Below, piece by piece: positions 56,644-64,000 of a stretch of 64,000 bases of DNA. The DNA is from an uncultured Brevinematales bacterium (GTDB taxonomy: Bacteria > Spirochaetota > Brevinematia > Brevinematales > JAOACQ01). Both the position numbers and the translations under genes were made by a program. The notes under the pieces were generated by a model. That model searched no databases. It saw only the letters and a list, made by a program, of their open reading frames with translations, and was not told where the DNA came from. Location: contig CAYPRX010000073.1 of assembly GCA_964413265.1 (NCBI GenBank), positions 88,883 to 152,882 on the forward strand. Reading direction: 5' to 3'. Positions within the stretch are counted from its first letter, which is position 1; each line of letters begins with the position of its first letter.

Positions 56644-58692
56644 TTAATCCATCGACACTTTCGTGTTTTTACTTAGAACCACATTTCTATTGTTTTTTTT
56701 AATGTAATCAAAGACAAAATAGGGAGGATAACCATCGATTTTGGTACAAAGACCAAGCCACTGAACCTTACCTATCTTCGGAATCATTTTAATATTAATT
56801 ATTATATTAGTATTTTTTGAAATGTCAATCTTTTGATAAATTTTATCACCTATATTTTCTATTGTAATTGTTTTACCCTCAAGAAAAGCCAGGGAAGAAG
56901 GATCGATCTGTACCTCGACAGGTACATTAAGTGTTCCTGATATATCGGTTTGAATCTCGTTCGTAATTACATCTATTTGGAATGGAATTTCGTTGTTTAA
57001 CCGGCGGTTATAGCTTACGCTGGAAAAGGCTGAAATAAGCCATTCCAGACTGGAATAATTACCGGTTCTGCCCCAGAAAGCCCGCGAAATATCATGTATA
57101 AAAACCCCCTTCGAGAAATACTGCGAATAATGCGATGCCCAATCCAGCCTGTAAGAATATTCTTCCACAGGATTATTATTATGGCAGGATTTCAAGAGAG
57201 CATAATCGATCTGATTTCCCGGAATATAATTTAATTTCTCATTCGAAAGATATTCCGCCCAGCTTTTTTTCATAGCCTCGAACATATCCGGAGATGCCTC
57301 ATAAAGCATAATAAAATCAGCAAATGCACCTGCATCCTGGAAAAAGAAAGGGTCCTGTCCATGCTCCCTGCCATGGTCCCAGCCGAGTGTAAACACCCAC
57401 ACAGGCTTTGTTATGCCGGCAGCTTTTCTTACCCTGAACAGAAATTCCGCAGTTTTATGTGCAATCCAGAGATTCCACTGTTCCTTTATTACTGCATTTC
57501 TGTTGCCCTGCAGTTTTTGACCCAGCCATAAAGTCTTTTCAGCTAAAGTATAACTATTCCATCTGGAGGGGGTTTCAATATTCATATCACGAGTAAATTC
57601 ATCTGCGTTCTCATAGCCGCTCAATTCGCCAAAGCGTATAAAATCGAACCCTATAAAATCGACATAGTCGATGCTGTTAAGATATTTTGCCAGGGCGACA
57701 ATGTCATCAAATCTTTTTTGATCGCTGAAAGATATAAATTTTCCACTGACTGCTTCAGTATTATTATAATCATTCCTGATGCTCAAAGCAGGATTGTAAC
57801 CGGCTTTTAACCAGCCATTTTTAGGCGTATAAAAGCACATAATATAAGCGCCCACCAATTTATTGCAAGCACTTATTTCTTTTCCTACCGTTTCCAGGTT
57901 TTTCAGCGGATAATATTCCCATGGCCTGTCCCTATTTATGGTGCCCCACCCTGTCGTTTCACCGGCGAGAATGAAGAAAGCGTCAATATTTCCATAGTTC
58001 ATCCAGTCTGCAACACCGCTTATAAAATTGGTTTTTTGAAGATGACTGTTATAAATACTTCTTTTAACCACTGGCTGGTTATATTCAAGGTTTAACAGGC
58101 TTATTGTTTTTTTAAATTCGGGCGGGGTCCTGGCTATGATTTCAAACTGCCTGGACATCACAGGGTAATCCTGGCAATATAAAACTGCCTCATATGTTCC
58201 AATTTCAGGTTTCCAGGCAGCAATCCAGCTTGACAGGTTACCATACCTGGTTTCTGAAAAAGAAAGTTTCAGTGGGCCCAGAAAGCATTTAATAGGTGTT
58301 TTATCTTTATAGACAATAACATAGAATTTGGAGGAATCTATCTCACCTGAGAGTATAAAACGGGCAACTTCAAAACGGTAATATGATTTTTTGTATGAAT
58401 AGAAAACTATCCGTGCGGAAGAGTTCGATGATATCATCACATTAAGACTATTAGTTTCATCGCTCTGAATATCCTTGTCCTGATAGAATTCAGGGCCCCA
58501 ATCTATATATTCTTCGCAGCGCTGTTCAACCTTTTTAACCGGGCTAGTATCTCCGGATTGGGCATTTAGCTTAGTTCTGATTGAATTATTAACCATGTAA
58601 TTAACATTAATATCGATAAATATGAAAATTACGAAGATCACGGTAAGTATGCCGAAATTAATGATAAGTGCAATGACATATTTACGTATCAT
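56644..58692 (-). CDS. Membrane-anchored protein with beta-sandwich and putative glycoside-hydrolase-like (GHL/DUF4015-like) TIM-barrel domain
   Basis: It has a single N-terminal TM helix. The central region DYVDFIGFDFIRFGE resembles the GFDEIQFDYVRFP block of GHL-type hydrolase-like domains. This is pattern recognition only. The start overlaps the ATPase stop (ATGA). Confidence 0.4.
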   Translation of the reverse strand: MIRKYVIALIINFGILTVIFVIFIFIDINVNYMVNNSIRTKLNAQSGDTSPVKKVEQRCEEYIDWGPEFYQDKDIQSDETNSLNVMISSNSSARIVFYSYKKSYYRFEVARFILSGEIDSSKFYVIVYKDKTPIKCFLGPLKLSFSETRYGNLSSWIAAWKPEIGTYEAVLYCQDYPVMSRQFEIIARTPPEFKKTISLLNLEYNQPVVKRSIYNSHLQKTNFISGVADWMNYGNIDAFFILAGETTGWGTINRDRPWEYYPLKNLETVGKEISACNKLVGAYIMCFYTPKNGWLKAGYNPALSIRNDYNNTEAVSGKFISFSDQKRFDDIVALAKYLNSIDYVDFIGFDFIRFGELSGYENADEFTRDMNIETPSRWNSYTLAEKTLWLGQKLQGNRNAVIKEQWNLWIAHKTAEFLFRVRKAAGITKPVWVFTLGWDHGREHGQDPFFFQDAGAFADFIMLYEASPDMFEAMKKSWAEYLSNEKLNYIPGNQIDYALLKSCHNNNPVEEYSYRLDWASHYSQYFSKGVFIHDISRAFWGRTGNYSSLEWLISAFSSVSYNRRLNNEIPFQIDVITNEIQTDISGTLNVPVEVQIDPSSLAFLEGKTITIENIGDKIYQKIDISKNTNIIINIKMIPKIGKVQWLGLCTKIDGYPPYFVFDYIKKNNRNVVLSKNTKVSMD

Positions 58693-59372
58693 GAATTTGC
58701 CTTGAAACTGTCAATTTTTCCCTCGACTAAAAAATATGTTTCTTTGCAGTACCTTCCGAATCTTTCATCATGAGTGGCAATCACTATAGTAAGGCCCAGC
58801 TTATTAAGATTACTGAATATATTGAAAACTTCCAGAGCTGATGCCTCATCCAGATTTGCAGTTGGTTCATCTGCCACGAGAATTTCAGGATTATTGATAA
58901 GAGAACGTGCTATGGAAACCTTCTTTTTCTCTCCTCCAGACAGTTCAAAGGGAAATCTTTTTTTCAGTCCATCAATAATCAGGCTTTCCATAAGACTGTT
59001 ATAATATTTATATTTCTTTCCTACGGGGGAACCGTTTATTACAAGCGGTAGAAGAACGTTATCCTCAACTGAAAGATCATTCATAAACTGATTATCCTGA
59101 AATATTATACCGAATTTTGTTCTTCTTATATATGCTATATCTTTTTGCGAAGTAGCCGAAAGGCGGTATTTCCCCCAGAAAATTTCCCCTGAAGTCGGTT
59201 TAATGTTTGAAGTAATAATATTAAGGAGTGTGCTTTTTCCGCTACCTGATGGTCCCACAAAAGAGAGATAATTGCCGTAATTAATATCGATATTTATCAT
59301 ATCCAGGCTTTTTATAAATTTACTGCCTACTGATTTGAATTTCTTTGATATATGCATCAATTTAATATCCAT
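58689..59372 (-). CDS. ABC transporter ATP-binding protein, FtsE/LolD/MacB-type
   Basis: Walker A GPSGSGKST, Q-loop FQDNQ, signature LSGGEKKK, Walker B ILVADEPTANLD and H-loop ATHD. Confidence 0.85.
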   Translation of the reverse strand: MDIKLMHISKKFKSVGSKFIKSLDMINIDINYGNYLSFVGPSGSGKSTLLNIITSNIKPTSGEIFWGKYRLSATSQKDIAYIRRTKFGIIFQDNQFMNDLSVEDNVLLPLVINGSPVGKKYKYYNSLMESLIIDGLKKRFPFELSGGEKKKVSIARSLINNPEILVADEPTANLDEASALEVFNIFSNLNKLGLTIVIATHDERFGRYCKETYFLVEGKIDSFKANS

Positions 59373-59387
59373 AGACCCTCATGCTGA

Positions 59388-59861
59388 TCATTCTTTTCTG
59401 ATCTGTCTATCCAGATTGATCAGGACAATCAAAGATGCAGCCGGAATGAATAAGATCACAACAAGCGCCTGGTATAATATAAACATAATGGAAATCATAT
59501 TGATTCTGATAAAGAAAAATAGTAAAAGGAAGAAAACGACAGAAAACGTGAAAACAATGAAAATTTCAATTATATTATCGAAAATTATGAAAATAAATGA
59601 CGCTCCAAGCTGCCTGAGCAGAATATAGGAATCAGTATGAGAATTGATCCTTGAATAAATAAAAAGCATGTTTGAAAGTGTTACAATGATAAAAATATAA
59701 AACAGGATATTTTGAGGTACTGTCATGACTGTAATTATGAACAGCATAAAATTTATAACAAAAAAAATTATCCTCCAGAAACTTAATAGCCTGTAACGTC
59801 TGATATTTAACCAAATTATGTTTTCAAGAAAGGTCGAAACATTCCGTATAAAATTCATCAT
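59388..59861 (-). CDS. Minimal FtsX-like ABC permease (4 TM, no extracellular domain)
   Basis: Four predicted TM helices are present. The motif LLRQLGAS after TM2 resembles the FtsX-family LkalGas block. TM1 and TM2 are joined by only a few residues. The likely start overlaps the upstream stop (TAATG). The track start at 59888 is an alternative. Confidence 0.4.
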   Translation of the reverse strand: MMNFIRNVSTFLENIIWLNIRRYRLLSFWRIIFFVINFMLFIITVMTVPQNILFYIFIIVTLSNMLFIYSRINSHTDSYILLRQLGASFIFIIFDNIIEIFIVFTFSVVFFLLLFFFIRINMISIMFILYQALVVILFIPAASLIVLINLDRQIRKE

Positions 59862-60721
59862 TATTCCCATAACCTGTTTCCATAACAATTTTTTATCTGC
59901 GCAAGAATTTCTACTTTTCGGGAGGGATCAGGATTTTTAATTAACATGAACTTCGCATAGCGGTCATAGAATTTAACCTGTGATAAAGCTTCCTTATATT
60001 CATCATTAATATCTTCACCGACAATTATAAGGGAAGCGTTAGTTTCAACATATGATTTCAACAGGTTCTTCGATGCGTTAACTGTGTAAAGATCGGTTTC
60101 GGGGTCAAAATCAGGGCTTAATATTATTCCCAGCCTTTTGCTGTCTATTATAAGTGATACGAGCTCGGTGAATTTCATGAAATTATGAGAATAATTCGGG
60201 TCTGCCGCATTTAAAATAAAAAAAACTATAATGCCGCATTCATCAAATCTGTAACTGATCATGGAATTTCTGTTCATATTCATCTTGATTTCATTCCACC
60301 TTTTATAGTTCAATTTTTCGCCGAATTTAAGAATGACCTCGTGAGGCTGACCGACGGTTTTCTTGTAAAATTCACAAATTGATATAATACTTCTTTTCCT
60401 TCTGCTTGAAGCATTTGCCGATTCGAGACTGTCTATGTACCTGTCAAATTCTATTAAACTTTTTCTCCCCGAAGGAGCTCTGTATATAACGGGATAATTT
60501 GAAACAAGCTTAGCATAAAGTTTTTCATTGTACTGCACGTCTATATTTAAAATATTCGCTCTTTCCAGATATTCATACTGGGAAGGGTCGAAAGGGGTAT
60601 CCTTGGGAATTGTAACTGATCCGGTGTTGTTACTTATCTGAATGTCGGTAAGGTACAGTATTTCGACCGATGAATCATACTTATCAGCGATCATAAGAGC
60701 TTCTTTTATATTAATCCTCAT
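59861..60721 (-). CDS. Hypothetical protein (286 aa), first gene of the FtsEX-like operon
   Basis: There is no signal peptide or TM helix and I recognise no motif. A GAGGAG ribosome-binding site and a consensus promoter lie upstream. Confidence 0.4.
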   Translation of the reverse strand: MRINIKEALMIADKYDSSVEILYLTDIQISNNTGSVTIPKDTPFDPSQYEYLERANILNIDVQYNEKLYAKLVSNYPVIYRAPSGRKSLIEFDRYIDSLESANASSRRKRSIISICEFYKKTVGQPHEVILKFGEKLNYKRWNEIKMNMNRNSMISYRFDECGIIVFFILNAADPNYSHNFMKFTELVSLIIDSKRLGIILSPDFDPETDLYTVNASKNLLKSYVETNASLIIVGEDINDEYKEALSQVKFYDRYAKFMLIKNPDPSRKVEILAQIKNCYGNRLWE

Positions 60722-60751
60722 CGGCTCCTCTTCAGATATTTCAAACCAATA

Positions 60752-60779
60752 ATTATATTATAATTCTTATCTTTGTCAA
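60752..60779 (-). promoter_or_regulatory. Consensus sigma-70 promoter of the 60721-56644 operon
   Basis: On the minus strand: TTGACA (60779-60774), a 16-nt spacer, then TATAAT (60757-60752). It lies about 30 nt upstream of the ATG at 60721. Confidence 0.5.
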
Positions 60780-60831
60780 TAACAGAAAGGCCTGCCATTA
60801 TTATCGGTATCAGATATTCAAAATAATAATC

Positions 60832-61536
60832 TTAATCCCGTGTCTTATTCCTTGATTTTTTAAATTCTTCGCTGAAGCAATGAGCAAGATGAGTAGGAAG
60901 CGGTAGTTTATATTTAGTTACGAGCCCTGATACTATCTCGAGAGCTTTCCTGGGTGATACAGCATATCCAGTTGAAATGAAAATCGGCTTTATTTTTTCC
61001 TTTGATCTTAGAACATAACCAACTAGAGTTCCATGAACCTTAAGCTCTGTACAGGAGAACTTTTGTTCACTGGGAGGTCTATATTCTCCATACAAATGCG
61101 ATTTAGCGCAGCCTATGCTCGGTTTGTTCAACAAAATTCCTGACATAGTGGCAATACCCATCATTCTCTGATGAGAAAGCCCATGTCCGTCAAAAATTAG
61201 GATCTCAGGTTTTATTTTCAGCTTCTTATAGCAGTCAAAAAAAACAGGAAATTCCCTGAAAAAAAGCAGACCAGGAATGTATGGAAAAGTAACCTTTTTC
61301 ACTGAAAAAGCCTTTTCAGCAATTGATTTATCCTTTGAATAATTATCCATTAATACAATTGAACAGAATGCCTCCTCTCCTGCATAGGAAATATCGACCC
61401 CTGCTATATATCTGAAACATGATACCTCATCATCTATCTTTATAAAGCGTGTGAGGTTCTTTTGCAGAATAAAAGCTCTGCCGACATCAGCTCTTTCAGA
61501 AATATCAAGCGCTTTTAAAATAAGTTTGTTTTTCAT
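60832..61536 (-). CDS. nfi: Endonuclease V (deoxyinosine 3' endonuclease)
   Basis: IAGVDISY, YIPGLLFFREFP and DGHGLSHQRMMGIATMSG. Confidence 0.85.
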   Translation of the reverse strand: MKNKLILKALDISERADVGRAFILQKNLTRFIKIDDEVSCFRYIAGVDISYAGEEAFCSIVLMDNYSKDKSIAEKAFSVKKVTFPYIPGLLFFREFPVFFDCYKKLKIKPEILIFDGHGLSHQRMMGIATMSGILLNKPSIGCAKSHLYGEYRPPSEQKFSCTELKVHGTLVGYVLRSKEKIKPIFISTGYAVSPRKALEIVSGLVTKYKLPLPTHLAHCFSEEFKKSRNKTRD

Positions 61537-61645
61537 AATTATTAAGAACTCATTGCAATAAATCGATATATCTAATATAATAAAATAAGAGTAGAAAAAT
61601 TACTACTAAATTTCAATCGTTTTTTAAAAAAATTCGGGTCGGAAA

Positions 61646-62167
61646 ATGAAAAAATTGATTTTCTTTATTTTAATTCTCTTCTTATGTTCCTGTGCTGTTA
61701 TCTTTAAAAATCCAACAAACAAAAATACTGATTTTCCGGACCTTGTACTGGGAGATTTTAAATATGAGTCTGCCAACGAGGCAGGTGCCAAAGAGTGGGA
61801 ACTCAGGGCAAGTGAAGCAAAAATGTACAATGTGAAAAACGAGATTTATTTATACAATATGGCGATGACCTTCTTTAATTCAGACGGTACGGTTAAATCA
61901 TTCCTGGCAGCCAACGGAGGATATGTAAACAAGGTAACTACAGATGTGTACGCTGAAGGCAAGGTCAAAATCCTGTCTGAAAATCAATCGACTCTTGAAG
62001 CTAACAAGGTTTATTGGGATAATAAAAAAAAGCTTTTCTATACAGATCCAGGGGATCTAGTTACTCTAACTAGGGGGAATACTGTAATGAGAGGTTATAG
62101 ACTGCTTGCAGATTCAGCCCTGAAACAGGCGACACTTGGAGAAGTAAAGGGAAAAGTCATCAAATGA
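61646..62167 (+). CDS. lptC: LptC-like LPS export periplasmic protein
   Basis: It is 173 aa and N-terminally anchored (ILILFLCSC). The beta-jellyroll-like pattern (EWELRASEAKMY...YLYNMAMTFFNSDG...LEANKVYWDNKKKLFYT) fits LptC. It overlaps the next OstA-like gene by 4 nt. Confidence 0.55.
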   Translation: MKKLIFFILILFLCSCAVIFKNPTNKNTDFPDLVLGDFKYESANEAGAKEWELRASEAKMYNVKNEIYLYNMAMTFFNSDGTVKSFLAANGGYVNKVTTDVYAEGKVKILSENQSTLEANKVYWDNKKKLFYTDPGDLVTLTRGNTVMRGYRLLADSALKQATLGEVKGKVIK

Positions 62168-63198
62168 TGAATGTCTTTAGGCTGCCCAGGCTGAATATAA
62201 TACAGGTAGTATCAATAATATTTTTATTGATTTGCCGTTTATGTTTTTCCCAGGCAGCTAATGTTACCAGCAACGAGCCCGTTGATGTTACTGCGGGCAG
62301 GATAACTTACAAGTGGGAAATTGAAAAGGTTTTCCTTGAGAATTCAAACAACATTACCCCTGTACTGACTCAGGGAAAATCAACCCTGAAAGCTGATACA
62401 ATGATCTATGATAATAAGATAGAAACCGGCTATGCATTCGGAAACGTTTTTTACAGGAATTACGCCGATCAGATAATTCTTACTTCCGGTGAAGGCACCT
62501 ATAGCTCACGTCGGAAGGAAATTGTGGTCAGAAACAACCCTAAAATTATAATGCTCAAAGACGGCACGGTTGCTAAGAGTGATTTAATGAAGATATATCC
62601 TGATAAGGATACCATTATAATGATAGGCAGTGTTGTTATTACCAATACGAATTATATAATCGGAGGCAACGAGGCAACGGTTTATCAGAAAACAGGAAAA
62701 ATGATAATAATAGGCAATGCAAGCGCAAGACAGGAAAAAACCGTTATGACTGCCGATAAGATAAGCATACTGACAAGTCATGGGGCTCTCGATACATATA
62801 CTGCCATAGGCAATGTCAAAATTGATGATTTAAAAGAGGGTTATACGATAAATTCCGGCAGATTGGATTATTATAAAGAGATTGGTTATTCAAAGATAAC
62901 CGATCATCCTGTTATATCATTTACGAATAAGAATGTCAAGGCATATTCGATTGCCATGGAAAAGTTCGACAAAGAAGAAAAGGCCAATCTTTTAGGAAAT
63001 GTCATGATAGTCCAGGAGTCCAAGAAAGCCTATTCGAAATGGGGCGAATATTTCATGCACACAAAAAAGATACAGCTTACCGGAAACCCGTATTTAGTGG
63101 AGAGACATTCAAAATTTAAATCAGACAAAATCTTGTTCGATGTTGACTCAGAAACTATGAATATGATCGGCAAAGGCGCCGGATTTTACCAGTATTGA
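62164..63198 (+). CDS. OstA/LptA-like periplasmic protein (extended, repeated OstA-N-type beta-jellyroll)
   Basis: A signal peptide is present. Repeated segments such as LKADTMIYDNKIETGYAFGNVFY, MTADKISIL and LDYYKE are typical of LptA/OstA_N repeats. Confidence 0.5.
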   Translation: MMNVFRLPRLNIIQVVSIIFLLICRLCFSQAANVTSNEPVDVTAGRITYKWEIEKVFLENSNNITPVLTQGKSTLKADTMIYDNKIETGYAFGNVFYRNYADQIILTSGEGTYSSRRKEIVVRNNPKIIMLKDGTVAKSDLMKIYPDKDTIIMIGSVVITNTNYIIGGNEATVYQKTGKMIIIGNASARQEKTVMTADKISILTSHGALDTYTAIGNVKIDDLKEGYTINSGRLDYYKEIGYSKITDHPVISFTNKNVKAYSIAMEKFDKEEKANLLGNVMIVQESKKAYSKWGEYFMHTKKIQLTGNPYLVERHSKFKSDKILFDVDSETMNMIGKGAGFYQY

Positions 63199-63211
63199 TA
63201 AGGAGGTTGAA

Positions 63212-64000
63212 TTGGGTATCGGTGAACAACCTGATATTATCGACAGCTTTGAAAAATTAGGCCTGTCTCCCAATGAAGCAAAAGTATACCTTGCCCTCCT
63301 GGAGAACCATCCTATTACTGGATACCAGCTCGCTAAAACAAGCGGAATTCTCAGGCCTGTAGTGTATGAGATGCTGAACCGCCTTACTGAAAAAGGCGGA
63401 GCCAGAATTATCAAGAGCAATCCGGACACTTATATACCTGTTGAAATCGATGAATTTCTGAAAAATATTGAAAGCGACTTCAGTGAGGCAAAAACAAATA
63501 TAACAAGGACACTCCGTGATTTTCTTATACAGGATAATACCGATTATTTCTGGAATATAATAGGGAAAAAGAATATTATTAATTCATCCATAAAGATGAT
63601 CGAGAACGCTCAGAAAGATATCTATATGAGTGTACAGACCCAGGAAAATCTTGATTATTTCATAGCAGCGCTTGAGGAAAAATTTGAAGGCGGCACTCAT
63701 ATCGACATTTTTTCATATTACGGATTAGAAACCAGAGGGGTAACATTGTATTCCTTTAAGCTGGACCAGTCTGTCACTATTGAAGAGGTGCCAAAAGACC
63801 ATATGACGATCTGCGTAGATGGATCTGAAGGTTCCCTCATAAATATGAGCGACGAGAAAAACGCTAAAGCGGTATACAGCAAAAACGACTCTCTTGTCTC
63901 GCTGGTCCGTAAAAGCATCATTAATAATATATACCAGTACAGATTGTGGACATATCTTGGAACGGACAGGCTCAAGGCATTGATCTTCGATGAGGATAGA
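63212..64000 (+). CDS. TrmB-family winged-helix transcriptional regulator (3' end outside the window)
   Basis: This ORF is not in the ORF track. An AGGAGG ribosome-binding site at 63201-06 is followed by a TTG at 63212. The frame stays open for 263 codons to the window end. The N-terminus is FEKLGLSPNEAKVYLALLENHPITGYQLAKTSGILRPVVYEMLNRLTEKG. Confidence 0.7.
   Translation, partial: MGIGEQPDIIDSFEKLGLSPNEAKVYLALLENHPITGYQLAKTSGILRPVVYEMLNRLTEKGGARIIKSNPDTYIPVEIDEFLKNIESDFSEAKTNITRTLRDFLIQDNTDYFWNIIGKKNIINSSIKMIENAQKDIYMSVQTQENLDYFIAALEEKFEGGTHIDIFSYYGLETRGVTLYSFKLDQSVTIEEVPKDHMTICVDGSEGSLINMSDEKNAKAVYSKNDSLVSLVRKSIINNIYQYRLWTYLGTDRLKALIFDEDR

Noticed and set aside
63148-63975. Two minus-strand track ORFs lie at 63148-63429 and 63718-63975.
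   Set aside because: They are antisense to the better-supported plus-strand TrmB-family ORF (RBS, wHTH motif, 263 open codons).
1-64000. I searched for CRISPR arrays, tRNA/rRNA genes, IS elements, integrases, toxin-antitoxin pairs or recognisable anti-phage defence genes.
   Set aside because: I saw no direct-repeat/spacer periodicity, no cloverleaf-capable GC-rich segments in the few intergenic gaps (all 225 nt or shorter), and no transposase, integrase or defence-type domains in any ORF. The window looks like core chromosome.

Overview
This is a visibly AT-rich, densely coding chromosomal segment with about 60 protein genes. I found no rRNA, tRNA, CRISPR array, IS element or prophage by eye. 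All calls come from reading the supplied translations and the DNA, with no database searches.

The host is most likely a spirochaete. Two tandem FlaA paralogues (periplasmic-flagellum sheath protein) sit at 30.0-31.6 kb, and LptC/LptA-like genes imply an LPS-type outer membrane.

Contents from left to right:
- The distal part of a V-type ATPase operon (B, D, two unusual small genes, C/d, I/a), followed by a GalT-like enzyme, an AEC permease and a degenerate Fe-ADH.
- A GAF-GAF-PP2C phosphatase and YfiH/PgeF.
- A nitrogen locus: a GAF-GAF sigma-54 activator divergent from glnA, an oversized GlnE, and a lone GltS-type amidotransferase domain.
- A TetR-HlyD-ABC2 efflux operon of the YbhGFSR type.
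- Repair and housekeeping genes (udg, rdgB, panD, tyrS, cobB, nrdJ, xth, prfB, mutS2, carD, dnaX-ybaB-recR, xseA, rpmE, rho, nfi).
- lptC/lptA-like genes and a 3'-truncated TrmB-type regulator that is absent from the ORF track.

Most interesting observations:
1. GlnE carries a roughly 260-aa insert between its two nucleotidyltransferase domains. The insert looks like the ACT-pair C-terminus of GlnD.
2. A correctly spaced -24/-12 sigma-54 promoter lies in front of glnA, next to a divergent double-GAF activator. No PII, GlnD or NtrBC is in view.
3. A tightly coupled four-gene operon with its own consensus promoter encodes an orphan 286-aa protein, an FtsX-like permease with no extracellular domain, an FtsE-like ATPase, and a membrane-anchored glycoside-hydrolase-like protein.
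4. A PilZN/GAF-like/PilZ-like protein has its RxxxR and DxSxxG motifs about 210 residues apart.
5. A 2-TM RCK K+ channel is translationally coupled to a free-standing cNMP-binding protein.
6. prfB has a textbook +1 frameshift site that the ORF track splits.

I cannot point to a clear-cut novel defence or mobile system. The operon at 56.6-60.8 kb and the GlnE chimera are my best candidates for undescribed biology.
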